Origin: Candidatus Limnocylindrales bacterium
GTDB lineage: Bacteria; Chloroflexota; Limnocylindria; Limnocylindrales; CSP1-4
NCBI GenBank assembly: GCA_035693145.1
Contig: DASSHA010000069.1
Location: forward strand, 16,451-80,450
DNA length: 64,000 nt
Direction of reading: 5' to 3'
Made by a program: the position numbers and the translations under genes
Notes under the pieces: model-generated
Databases searched by the model: none
What the model was told of the DNA's origin: nothing
What the model saw: only the letters and a program-made list of their open reading frames with translations
In this document: piece after piece, positions 54,114-63,252 of the stretch
How positions within the stretch are numbered: the first letter of the stretch is position 1
Layout: the number at the start of each line of letters is the position of its first letter

Positions 54114-56930
54114 TCATGGTCGAGGCCGAGGGCTGAGCCGGTCCGGTTCCCGGGCCATCACGGCTCCGAGCTCGGCCCGACTCGAGATGCCGAGCTTCGC
54201 GTAGGCGCGGGCAAGCGTTGCCTCCACCGTCTTCGGGCTGATGAGCAGCCGCTCGGCGACCGCCCGGTTCGTCATCCCGCGAGCGACCATCGAGGCGATG
54301 CGGCTCTCGCTCGGCGTGAGCGCCGTGCCCGCCCGGACGAGCCCGACCCTCGCTGCCTCATCGAGCGCGCGTTCGGCCCAATGCGAAGCACCGGCGCGAG
54401 CAAACCGTTCGGCAGCCTCGCGCAGGGCGTCGTTCGCCTCGCGGCGACGGCGGCCCCGTCGCGCCGCGCGTCCGAGTGCCAGCAGGATCCGGGCGTGCTC
54501 GAGTGGGGAATCCGCGATACGCGGATCGGCGAGCGTCTTCGCGCCGAGCGTCGCGGCCGCGTCGGCTTCGCCGGCGGAGTCGAGCAGCTGGATCCGGTTT
54601 CGCGCGGCGGCGATCTGCGCCCACGCGCGATCGAGCCGGATCGCCGCCGTTTCGAACGACTCGAGCAGGCTCGTCGCCCGGTCGATCTCGCGGAGCGCGA
54701 TCAAGGCCTCGATCGCGTCGGGCACGAACGCGGCGGTGGTCGGCTCCGCGACGCCGGTCGACCCGACAACCGCGGTCATCTCCCGAAGGGCCGCCTCGGC
54801 CGAGCGCGGATCGTCGTCGGCGAGCGCGAAGATCGCGCGTCCCCAGCGAGCCCACAACATCGGGAGACGCCAGCCCGTTGCCATGGCGGCCGATTCGGCC
54901 GCCGCCGCCGCCGCCGCCAGTTCCTCCGGGCGTCCCTGCCAGCCCCTGACGAGCGCCGTGATCGCGCTGCAGAGTGCCCGGATCGACGTGCTCTCGATCT
55001 GGCCTGCAACGTCCTCACACTCCTGGACGTATCCGTCGGCCACGTCCAGGCGCCCCGCCCAGATTTCGAGCCAGGCGAGCTGGCCCGAGACGAACGGGAG
55101 GTCCGCATCGACCCCACGCTCGAGGATCGTTGTCCGAAGCCGCTGGAGGTACCTGCGTGCCTCGTCGAAGCGTCCCTCGTACATCCGCAGATACCCGGCG
55201 ATGAGGCTCGGCCGCAGCTCGATCGCCGTCCGACGAGCGCGGTCCTCGAGCCGCAGTGCCTCCGCGAGGCCCACCTCGTCGAGGCCGCGACCGACGAGGA
55301 ATCCGACCATGACGTCGACCGCGAGCGCCTCGGCCAGCAGCGTCGGGTCGTTCGTCGCGCGCGCTGCGTGCAAAGCGTTCTGCGCGTGCGCGACCGCGGC
55401 CGGTAGCTCGCCGACGGCGACCGTCGCCCACGCGGCACCGAGCTCGATCGTCGCCTCGAGCTCGGCGTCGTCGGCTGCGTGCGCAAGCGCTTCGCGGTAC
55501 AGGTCGATCGCATCCGAGAAGCTGTCCTGGTGGTTCCGGATGTCGGCGAGCAGGCGGAGCGCGCGGCCGCGCTCCCGGCCGCGGATCGGTTCCTCGAGCA
55601 ACCGGACGATCGCCTCCCGGGCGCGTGGCAGCTCGCCGCTGTGGAGGTGGTACTCCGCCGCCTCGATCGTGCGACGCCGTCGTTCCTCGGTGCGCTCGGG
55701 CGGTGTCATGACGATCGCCCGCTCGGCGAGCTCGGCGGCGGCGTCCGGCGCGCCCCGTGACCGTGCAACCTCGGCGGCGGCCGCCAGCTCGGCCGCGACG
55801 GCTTCGTCCGGTCCGATCGTCCCGAGGGCGAGGTGGCGCGCGCGTGCCTCGGGGTCGGTCACGAGCTCGGCCAGGCGACGATGCATCCGGCGACGATCGC
55901 GCCGCGACGCCGCTCCGTAGACCGCCGACGCGAGCAGCGGGTGGCTGAAACGAATGCCGCCGTCCGCGACGATGACGCCGGCGTCCTCCGCAAGCTCGAG
56001 CCCGCGGTCCGCCGACGCGCCGTCGACCGAGGCGGCGGCGAGGACGAGCGCTCGTGGCGGCGCACCGAGGGCCGCGATGGCGAGCAGGACCTCGCGCGAC
56101 TCCGCCGGCAGCCGGCGGACGTCGACGTTGACCAGCTCACGAACGCTGCGTGGCGCCGCCAGTGGACCGACGGGCGGCGGATCGGGGAGCGTCCGCGCCA
56201 TCTCCAACGCGAACAGCGGGTTCCCGCCGGACGCCTCATGAATTCGAGCTCGCACCCGCCTGGGAAACGCGCGACCCAGGCGTGCGCGGAGGACCTCATC
56301 GATGGCGCCCCGGTCGAGCCCGGCGAGCGGGATCTCGACGACCGCGCTGCCGACGCTCGCATCGAGACTGAGCCCCACCGCGGTGTCGGCACCGGCTTCA
56401 CGGCGGACCGCCATGAGCAGGCCGACGCGGCTGCCGGACAGCCGACGGCTCACGTGCTCGACGACTCTGGCGGACGGACGATCCATCCATTGCACGTCGT
56501 CCATCGCGATCACCACCGGCTGAGTGCGGGCGAGGTCCGCGACAAGGGACATGAAGCCGGCCGCAACGGCGCGTCGATCGAGACCATTGCGGCTCGGCTC
56601 GGCTCTGCGGAGCACGACTCGCAGGCCGTGCGCCTGCGGATGGGGAAGCGCGGCGAACGCGCTGTCCGGGAGATCGCGGAGCAGGTCGGCCAGGGAGGTG
56701 TACGACACGCGCACGTCTGCCGGAAGCGGCCGCGACTCGAGCACGAGACAGCCGCTCTCGCGGGCGAGGGCGACGGCCGTCCGCCAGAGCGTCGTCTTGC
56801 CGATCCCGGGCTCGCCGGCGATGACGAGGGCGCCGGGGCCCGCGGCGATGCTGAGCAGGAAGCGGGACGTCGCCTCCAGCTCGGCGTCGCGACCGACGAT
56901 CTGATCGGCCATCGCTCGGCTATCCGGCAC
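54114..56930 (-). CDS. Large ATP-binding LuxR-family regulator (LAL/MalT-like: AAA ATPase + TPR-like + LuxR HTH)
   Basis: The Walker A is GEPGIGKTTL. A long helical repeat region follows. The C-terminal HTH is LTPSESRIASMVARGMTNRAVAERLLISPKTVEATLARAYAKLG. Confidence 0.85.
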   Translation of the reverse strand: MPDSRAMADQIVGRDAELEATSRFLLSIAAGPGALVIAGEPGIGKTTLWRTAVALARESGCLVLESRPLPADVRVSYTSLADLLRDLPDSAFAALPHPQAHGLRVVLRRAEPSRNGLDRRAVAAGFMSLVADLARTQPVVIAMDDVQWMDRPSARVVEHVSRRLSGSRVGLLMAVRREAGADTAVGLSLDASVGSAVVEIPLAGLDRGAIDEVLRARLGRAFPRRVRARIHEASGGNPLFALEMARTLPDPPPVGPLAAPRSVRELVNVDVRRLPAESREVLLAIAALGAPPRALVLAAASVDGASADRGLELAEDAGVIVADGGIRFSHPLLASAVYGAASRRDRRRMHRRLAELVTDPEARARHLALGTIGPDEAVAAELAAAAEVARSRGAPDAAAELAERAIVMTPPERTEERRRRTIEAAEYHLHSGELPRAREAIVRLLEEPIRGRERGRALRLLADIRNHQDSFSDAIDLYREALAHAADDAELEATIELGAAWATVAVGELPAAVAHAQNALHAARATNDPTLLAEALAVDVMVGFLVGRGLDEVGLAEALRLEDRARRTAIELRPSLIAGYLRMYEGRFDEARRYLQRLRTTILERGVDADLPFVSGQLAWLEIWAGRLDVADGYVQECEDVAGQIESTSIRALCSAITALVRGWQGRPEELAAAAAAAESAAMATGWRLPMLWARWGRAIFALADDDPRSAEAALREMTAVVGSTGVAEPTTAAFVPDAIEALIALREIDRATSLLESFETAAIRLDRAWAQIAAARNRIQLLDSAGEADAAATLGAKTLADPRIADSPLEHARILLALGRAARRGRRRREANDALREAAERFARAGASHWAERALDEAARVGLVRAGTALTPSESRIASMVARGMTNRAVAERLLISPKTVEATLARAYAKLGISSRAELGAVMAREPDRLSPRPRP

Positions 56931-57403
56931 TTTCCCCCGAAAGGGCGCTGCGCCAGCGGTTGTGGCAACGGACTCTACTGCACCGGATAGGGAATCACCC
57001 GATGCCGAGCCGGAGAATGGCCGCTATTGTCGGGTCCTGTCCCGCGGGGAGAGGACCGCCACGGGGGGTGCAGGCGATGCAGGCATCTGGCGAACTGCGG
57101 ACGAGGCGACCCTCGCGCCGTCCGTGCTCCGCCGGCGTCCTCTCCCGCGGACAGCTCCATGAGAGAGACCGCCGGGGCGGCGCCTGATACCGACTACCGC
57201 CGGGGCGGCGGCCGCTGGGGGTGGCCGCCGCCCGAGCTTCTGGCCCGGATGAACATTCGTTCGACAACCGGCCAGCCACCTGCTAGCCTTGATTCACGAC
57301 GCCAACATGGGCGTCAATGAGACGCGGCCAAACGATCACTCCCTCTCAATGGTTCTCGGCGAGAAAGGTTCGCTGAGGCCGCACGAGAAGGAGTGGTTTT
57401 TTC

Positions 57404-57832
57404 ATGTATTCGGCACAGGGTGACAAGACCCTGACGTGCGTCGACTGTTCCCAGGAGTTCGCCTTTACGGAGAGCGAGCAGCAGTTCTACGCCGACCGAC
57501 AGTTCAGTGAGCCGCGTCGGTGCCCGTCGTGCCGCGCGGCGCGAAAGGCATCCCGCGGTTCCAGTGGTGGGTCATCCGGCGGGTATTCGTCCGGCGGGTA
57601 TTCCGGCGGCGGGTATTCGTCCGGCGGGTATTCCGGCGGCGGTGGATACTCCGGCGGCGGCTCGTCGAGCGGTGGGTATTCGGGACGCTCCGATCGTGGC
57701 TACGACCGTGGCCCGCGCGAGATGTTCAGCGCGACGTGCGCGAGCTGCGGCCGCGAGGCCCAGGTTCCGTTCCGTCCGAACGGGACGAAGCCCGTCTACT
57801 GCAGCGACTGCTTCCGGGCTCAGCGCGGCTGA
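57404..57832 (+). CDS. Tandem zinc-ribbon protein (FmdB-like CxxC..CxxC at both ends) with Gly/Ser/Tyr-rich low-complexity linker
   Basis: AAGGAG lies upstream. The N-terminal ribbon is CVDC ... CPSC and the C-terminal ribbon is CASC ... CSDC. The linker is (GGYS)n. Confidence 0.7.
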   Translation: MYSAQGDKTLTCVDCSQEFAFTESEQQFYADRQFSEPRRCPSCRAARKASRGSSGGSSGGYSSGGYSGGGYSSGGYSGGGGYSGGGSSSGGYSGRSDRGYDRGPREMFSATCASCGREAQVPFRPNGTKPVYCSDCFRAQRG

Positions 57833-57860
57833 CCACCGGTCGCATCACGCGCAACCGCCG

Positions 57861-57895
57861 AGCCGGGTTCACCGTGAACCCGGCTCTTCTGCTGC
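57861..57895. terminator. Probable bidirectional intrinsic terminator
   Basis: The hairpin is AGCCGGGTTCAC-CG-GTGAACCCGGCT followed by CTTCTGCTG. It sits between the convergent zinc-ribbon and trx genes. Confidence 0.5.
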
Positions 57896-57937
57896 CCGGC
57901 ACCGCCGTTCACAGCGACGGAAAAGGGATTCGGGCGG

Positions 57938-58438
57938 TCAGCTGCGTCTGAGGAGGTGCGGCGAGAGCCGCGCCGCCAGGTCCGGCTTCGGCATCGCACC
58001 GACGATTCGGTCGACCGGCTGACCGGCGCGGAGCACGATCATCGTCGGGATGCTCCGGGCGTCGAACGCCGCCGCCAGTCGTGGGTTCTCGTCGACGTTC
58101 ACCTTGACCACCTTGAGCCGCCCGGCGAACTCGGCGGCGAGCTGCTCGAGGATCGGGCTCACGAACCGGCACGGCCCGCACCACGGCGCCCAGAGGTCGA
58201 CGACGACGGCCGGCGCCGCGCGGGCCTCGACGTCGAATGTCGCATCGGTCGCGTCGACGACCCACGGCAGGATCGCGCCGCACTTGCCGCAATGCGGCGC
58301 GCCGCGCTCGCTCGGCCCGATCCGGTTCTTCGTCCCGCACGTGAGGCACGTGAGCGTGGAGACGGGTCGCGCCGGCGTGCCCGGTTCGGCCGAGCGAGGG
58401 CCGGCCGGTCCCGCGGCCTGATCGTTCGTCATTGCCAC
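57938..58438 (-). CDS. trxC: Thioredoxin with N-terminal zinc-finger extension (thioredoxin-2 type)
   Basis: The N-terminal CLTCGTKNR ... CGKCG motif is followed by the active site WAPWCGPCR. Confidence 0.85.
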   Translation of the reverse strand: MAMTNDQAAGPAGPRSAEPGTPARPVSTLTCLTCGTKNRIGPSERGAPHCGKCGAILPWVVDATDATFDVEARAAPAVVVDLWAPWCGPCRFVSPILEQLAAEFAGRLKVVKVNVDENPRLAAAFDARSIPTMIVLRAGQPVDRIVGAMPKPDLAARLSPHLLRRS

Positions 58439-58799
58439 GAATCGTAGCGCGAGCGGGACCTGGACCCCGGGAAGCGCGACGATCGCGTCGACGTCGATGC
58501 GCGGATGGTCGCTCGTGCCGGCACAGACGATCGTGATCGTCCGGGTCGCGGACGTCGACCACGGCGCGGGCCTGGTGCCCGACCGTTGAGTTGGCCGCGT
58601 CGTGTTCGATCGTTGTCGGGCGGCGCTTGACGTGGGATGGACGCGACCGCGACGATGCCCGGCCTGCCCGCCGATGAGATTTCGGGGCCCGCGGGGTCTG
58701 ATGGGCGTGTCGGTGGGGACGCCGTGAACCTGACACCACCTGTCAGTCTCACGCCGCTACCGTCGCCACCGACGAGAACGCCCGAGACGAGGTGACGAC

Positions 58800-60440
58800 G
58801 TGACGCAAGCGACGACCGAAGCCGCCGGTCTGAGTCTGAGCCCGCGAGCAAAGCTCCAGATCCTCGGCGCGATCCTGCTCGCGATGTTCCTGTTCGCGCT
58901 CGACCAGACGGTCGTCGGGACGGCGCTGCCGCGGATCGTGACCGACCTGCACGGCAACGACCTCTATACCTGGGCCGTCACCGTCTACCTGCTCACGGCG
59001 ACGATCAGCGGCCCCATCTACGGAAAGCTGTCGGACCTGTTCGGCCGTCGGCCGATCGTCATCTGGGCCGTCGGCCTCTTCCTCGTCTCGTCGATCCTCG
59101 CCGGACTGAGCCAGGACATGGCCCAGTTCATCCTGTTCCGCGGGCTGCAGGGCCTCGGCGGTGGGGCCGTGTTCCCGGTCGCGCTCGCGGTCATCGCCGA
59201 CCTGTACACACCGGCCGAGCGCGGCAAGTACCTCGGGCTGTTCGGCGCCGTGTTCGGGTTCTCGTCGCTGCTCGGCCCGGGTCTCGGCGGGTTCATCACG
59301 GACACCTGGAGCTGGCACTGGATCTTCTTCGTGAACGTGCCGGTCGGTCTCATCTCGCTCGTGATCCTGTGGCGCCTGCTGCCGACGATCCGCCGCCCCG
59401 ATGCCGCCCGCAGCATCGACTACCTCGGTGCGGCGGTCTTCACGCTCGCGATCGCGCCGTTCCTCGTCGGGCTCACGAACAAGCAGACGGGTGACTGGTC
59501 CGATCCTGCGGTCGGTGGCCTCATGCTCGTCGGTCTCGCCTTCGCCGCGTTGTTCGTATGGATCGAGTCGCGCGCGTCCGAGCCGATCGTGCCGCTCGCG
59601 CTGTTCCGCGTCCGCGCGTTCACGATCTCGGTCGTCGCGACGCTGCTCGCCTCGTTCGGCTTTTTCGGTGCCGTCATCTTCTTGCCGCGCTGGTTCCAGA
59701 CGGTGGGCGGCGCGAGCGCGACGGAATCGGGCTACAGCCTCCTGCCGCTGCTCGCGGCGATGATCGTCACGGCGATCGCCTCGGGTCAGATCGTCGCCCG
59801 GACCGGCCGCTATCGGCTGCTGATGTTCGGCTCGCTCGTCCTGCTCGCCGTCGGGCTTCTGCTCATGACGAACCTGCACGCCGCGACCGACCGACCCAGC
59901 CTGTGGCTGTGGATGATCATCGCCGGGATCGGCATCGGCCCGTCACTCGCGGTGTTCACCCTCGTCGTCCAGAACACCGTCCCGCACGAGGAGGTGGGCG
60001 TCGCGACGAGCAGCCTGACGTTCTTCCAGCAGATCGGCGGGACGATCGGGCTCACGATCGCGGGCACGCTGTTCGCGAGCCGGCTCGTGGAGGAGCTGCC
60101 GCGACAGCTCGAACGCGCAGGAGTTCCGGCGCAGTTCGCGAGCGGGTTTGCGGGCGGGAGCGCGCCGGTCGACGTGACGGCAACCGGCGATCTCGGCGCC
60201 CGGATCCTGGCCGCGGTGCCCGAGGCGCTTCGTGCCACTGTCCAGCCGATGATCCCGGCGATCGTCGGTGGCATCCACGAGGCGTTCTCGATCGCGCTCG
60301 CGTCGACGTTCTGGATCGGCATCGCCGGCGCGATCGTCGCCGCCGCGTTCGTCCTGTTCCTGCCCGAGGCTCGCATGCGCGACACGTTCCACATCGCCGC
60401 GTCGGAGCCAGAGCTCCGGGCGGCGACCGCGCGGGATTGA
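58800..60440 (+). CDS. MFS transporter, DHA2 (14-TMS EmrB/QacA-like) drug:H+ antiporter family
   Basis: GTG 58800 is 6 nt after GAGGTG. It has motif A (GKLSDLFGRRP) and 14 predicted TM helices. Confidence 0.85.
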   Translation: MTQATTEAAGLSLSPRAKLQILGAILLAMFLFALDQTVVGTALPRIVTDLHGNDLYTWAVTVYLLTATISGPIYGKLSDLFGRRPIVIWAVGLFLVSSILAGLSQDMAQFILFRGLQGLGGGAVFPVALAVIADLYTPAERGKYLGLFGAVFGFSSLLGPGLGGFITDTWSWHWIFFVNVPVGLISLVILWRLLPTIRRPDAARSIDYLGAAVFTLAIAPFLVGLTNKQTGDWSDPAVGGLMLVGLAFAALFVWIESRASEPIVPLALFRVRAFTISVVATLLASFGFFGAVIFLPRWFQTVGGASATESGYSLLPLLAAMIVTAIASGQIVARTGRYRLLMFGSLVLLAVGLLLMTNLHAATDRPSLWLWMIIAGIGIGPSLAVFTLVVQNTVPHEEVGVATSSLTFFQQIGGTIGLTIAGTLFASRLVEELPRQLERAGVPAQFASGFAGGSAPVDVTATGDLGARILAAVPEALRATVQPMIPAIVGGIHEAFSIALASTFWIGIAGAIVAAAFVLFLPEARMRDTFHIAASEPELRAATARD

Positions 60441-60469
60441 CGGCCGCCTGAGCATCGGCGCCTGAGCCT

Positions 60470-61231
60470 GTGGGTCTCGACGTCTATGTCGGCCCGCTCT
60501 CGCGCTATTACTCGGGTGCGTGGGAGTCGATCGTTCAGCAGGAGGAACGCCGGCTGGGCCCGCAGGTGGAGGTCGTTCGCCCGAACCCGTTCTCCAGCGA
60601 CGACCCGGAGGTCGTCCGGCGTCGGGTGATCGATTGGCAGGCCAGCCTGAGCGACATCCTCATGGGTTCGGTCGGACGTCTCTCGTGGACCGAATCGGCA
60701 ACCGGCGACTACGTCAGCGACAAGCCCGACTGGGGTCCGTTCGTCGCGCTCTGCCTGCTCGCCGCGCATGCGGACGGGCTGCTGGACGCGCTGCCCGACA
60801 TCGTCCCGACCGGCCAGCCGGCGATGAAGCTCTGGGGCCGGTTGGGTCGCCGAACGCAAGCGCCCGAGCCGTTCGGCCACCGGATGCGTCGGTTATTCGG
60901 TCGGTCGAGCACGTACGCGCCGCCGCCGCGACAGTTCACCCAGATCGTCGGGCCCGAGGTCTGGCTGCCACTCGATGCCTCGGTCGTCATCGAGACAAAC
61001 GATGCGCTCGGCGTCCGGCGGACGTTCGGGTCCGTTGGGCCGCTCCTGGCGGAGCTGCGGCAGCTCAACGCGCAGACGTTCCGTGCGACCGACGCCACCC
61101 TGTCCGGCTGGGCTCGGGATGCGCCTTTGGGCGGGGCGTTCGAGCCGGCGGCCCATTTCGGCCTCGCCGTCATGCTCTCGCTCGCCGGCCGCGCGCTCGA
61201 TCGACGCCAGCCCCTGGTCCTCGACTACTGA
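60470..61231 (+). CDS. Hypothetical protein
   Basis: GTG start. The product is protein-like with no family I can name with confidence (VGLDVYVGPLSRYYSGAWES ...). Confidence 0.45.
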   Translation: MGLDVYVGPLSRYYSGAWESIVQQEERRLGPQVEVVRPNPFSSDDPEVVRRRVIDWQASLSDILMGSVGRLSWTESATGDYVSDKPDWGPFVALCLLAAHADGLLDALPDIVPTGQPAMKLWGRLGRRTQAPEPFGHRMRRLFGRSSTYAPPPRQFTQIVGPEVWLPLDASVVIETNDALGVRRTFGSVGPLLAELRQLNAQTFRATDATLSGWARDAPLGGAFEPAAHFGLAVMLSLAGRALDRRQPLVLDY

Positions 61232-61240
61232 CCTGCGCGG

Positions 61241-61609
61241 TCAGCCGACCCCCTCGGGACCCATCGGGCTCATCAGCTGGAAGTCGTTGCCGTCCGGGTC
61301 GGCGAGCGTCGCGATCCAGCCCGCCGTGCCTTCGAACTGGTACGGCTCGCGCACGACGATCGCGCCTGCCGCCTTCAGCCGGTCGAACTCGGCCCGGACG
61401 TCATCGGCCTCGATGTTCCAGATGATCCGGCCGGGCTCGCGGTTCTCGCCATGAACCTCGCTGTGCGGCCCGACGGCGACGAACCCCGAGCCGAGCATCC
61501 AGCCGGTGTACGTCCCGTCATCCATGGTCGGATCGCCGAACAGCCTGCGGTAATAGTCGACCAGCCGCTTCGGGTCCTCGGATCCGATGAGGATCGAGTT
61601 GAAGTTCAT
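61241..61609 (-). CDS. VOC-family (glyoxalase/bleomycin-resistance fold) protein
   Basis: At 122 aa, it has the paired beta-alpha-beta-beta-beta module pattern (ILIGSEDPKRLVDYY ... IATLADPDGNDFQLM). Confidence 0.7.
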   Translation of the reverse strand: MNFNSILIGSEDPKRLVDYYRRLFGDPTMDDGTYTGWMLGSGFVAVGPHSEVHGENREPGRIIWNIEADDVRAEFDRLKAAGAIVVREPYQFEGTAGWIATLADPDGNDFQLMSPMGPEGVG

Positions 61610-61619
61610 GGAGCCCCTC

Positions 61620-62450
61620 CTATTCCGCGAGGAACGCGTTGACGGCGTCGGCGAGGAGTGGGGAGTCGCCGATCGAGTAGTGGGTCAGCCTGGGCAGGAT
61701 CGCGAGCGCGTGCCCGCCCTTCGGTCGACCCTCGTTCATCCAGCCCCCGTCGCGCTTGCCGCCGTCGAGCAGTTCGAAGACCTCGACATAGTGCGCCGGC
61801 GGCGCCATGTCGGCGTCGGCGCAGACGACCATCGTCGGGACCTGGAGGCTGCGGACCTCGTCGCTGTAGTCGAAGTCCTCGGCCATCAGCGCGCCGATCT
61901 TGTCGAGCAGCCGTGGGAAGTCCTCCGGGCGCGGGGCAACACGCTCGTACAGCTGATACATCGGCGTGTCCTTCATGAACTCCGCAGCTGCCCCGCTGAC
62001 CTGCGACTGCTGGCCGAGCATCTCCGGGTAGATCGCGTCGCGGCGGATGTTCGCGGAGATCATGACGAGCTTGCGCACGAGCTCGGGGTGCTTCACGGCC
62101 GTGAAGAACGCCACGCCGCCACCGAGCGAGTAGCCCACGAGGTCGACCTTCGCGAGCCCGAGGTGCCGGATCAGCCCGGCGACGTCGTCGGCCATCAGGC
62201 GGTGGTCGATCGGGCGATCGATGTCGGCGGTTCGACCGTGGCCCTGGAGGTCCGGGGCGATCACCTGGTGACCGGCCGCGACGAGCGCCGGGATCACCGG
62301 GCCGAACGTCTCGTTCGACATCAGCCCGCCGTGGAGGAGGACGAGCGGAGGCCCGTCGCCGTGCGTCTCGTAATACATGTGCACGCCGTTCACGTCGGCG
62401 TATGCGCCGCGGGTTGGCGCCTGGGTCGTGGGTTCAATCGGGGCCGTCAT
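61620..62450 (-). CDS. Alpha/beta-fold hydrolase
   Basis: HGGLMSNETF is the HG oxyanion motif. The nucleophile elbow is GYSLGG, and the Asp/His residues are downstream. I chose the start at ATG 62450, 8 nt after GGGAG. The ORF extends further upstream in low-complexity sequence. Confidence 0.8.
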   Translation of the reverse strand: MTAPIEPTTQAPTRGAYADVNGVHMYYETHGDGPPLVLLHGGLMSNETFGPVIPALVAAGHQVIAPDLQGHGRTADIDRPIDHRLMADDVAGLIRHLGLAKVDLVGYSLGGGVAFFTAVKHPELVRKLVMISANIRRDAIYPEMLGQQSQVSGAAAEFMKDTPMYQLYERVAPRPEDFPRLLDKIGALMAEDFDYSDEVRSLQVPTMVVCADADMAPPAHYVEVFELLDGGKRDGGWMNEGRPKGGHALAILPRLTHYSIGDSPLLADAVNAFLAE

Positions 62451-62564
62451 CGGTCTGCTCCCTGGGAGTGCGCCTGCCATCGCGGGCATCATGGTCGCGA
62501 TGTCCATCAGACCGCGCTCGGCCGTCGAATTCATCGGCGGCGGCGCTGCCGGCGGAGGTGCGAT

Positions 62565-62948
62565 GTGAGCGCGTGGGCGAACGGGATCAGCGCGATCACG
62601 CTGTTCGTGCCCGACCTCGCGGCGGCGAAAGCCTTCTACGAGCGGGTGTTCGGCGCGCAACTCATCTTCGAGGACCCGAGCTCGGCCGCGTTCGAGTTCG
62701 GCGCCACGATCGTGAACCTCCTCGTCGAGACCGAGGCTCCCGAGCTGATCGAGCCGGCTCGCGTTGCGCCGGCCGGCGTCGGGTCTCGGATGCAGCTGAC
62801 GATCACCGTTGACGACGTCGACGCGGTCTGCGATGAGCTGCGCGCCCGAGGGGTCGAGTTCCTCAATGGCCCGATCGACCGGCCGTGGGGGATCCGGACC
62901 GCCGCCTTCGCCGACCCCGCGGGCCACGTCTGGGAGATCGCGAAGTAG
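62565..62948 (+). CDS. VOC-family (glyoxalase-like) protein
   Basis: GTG 62565 is 7 nt after GGAGG. Markers are ITLFVPDLAAAKAFYERVFGA and FADPAGHVWEI. Confidence 0.7.
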   Translation: MSAWANGISAITLFVPDLAAAKAFYERVFGAQLIFEDPSSAAFEFGATIVNLLVETEAPELIEPARVAPAGVGSRMQLTITVDDVDAVCDELRARGVEFLNGPIDRPWGIRTAAFADPAGHVWEIAK

Positions 62949-63252
62949 GGGAGGCCCACGGCTCCCTCGCTAGGCGCTGACCGGTGGCGCCGCCAGCTGC
63001 TCCGCGATCCCGTCGGCCCAAGCGTCGATCTCGGGCCAGTCGCGGAAGTCGCCCGCCGGCATCGCGGCCTTCGCAGCGGGCATTCGCATGAACGGCCTAC
63101 CGATCCGCTCGGCGAGGCCGTTCCCGATCGCGCCGTAGCTTCGCCTCGAGCGGACGCGATCGATCGGCAGGCCGGCCCCGGACGATCGGGCCATGTCGAC
63201 AGGACGCACCACTCTCGATAGTCGGAGCCCCACCACGCCATGGAGCCCGACC

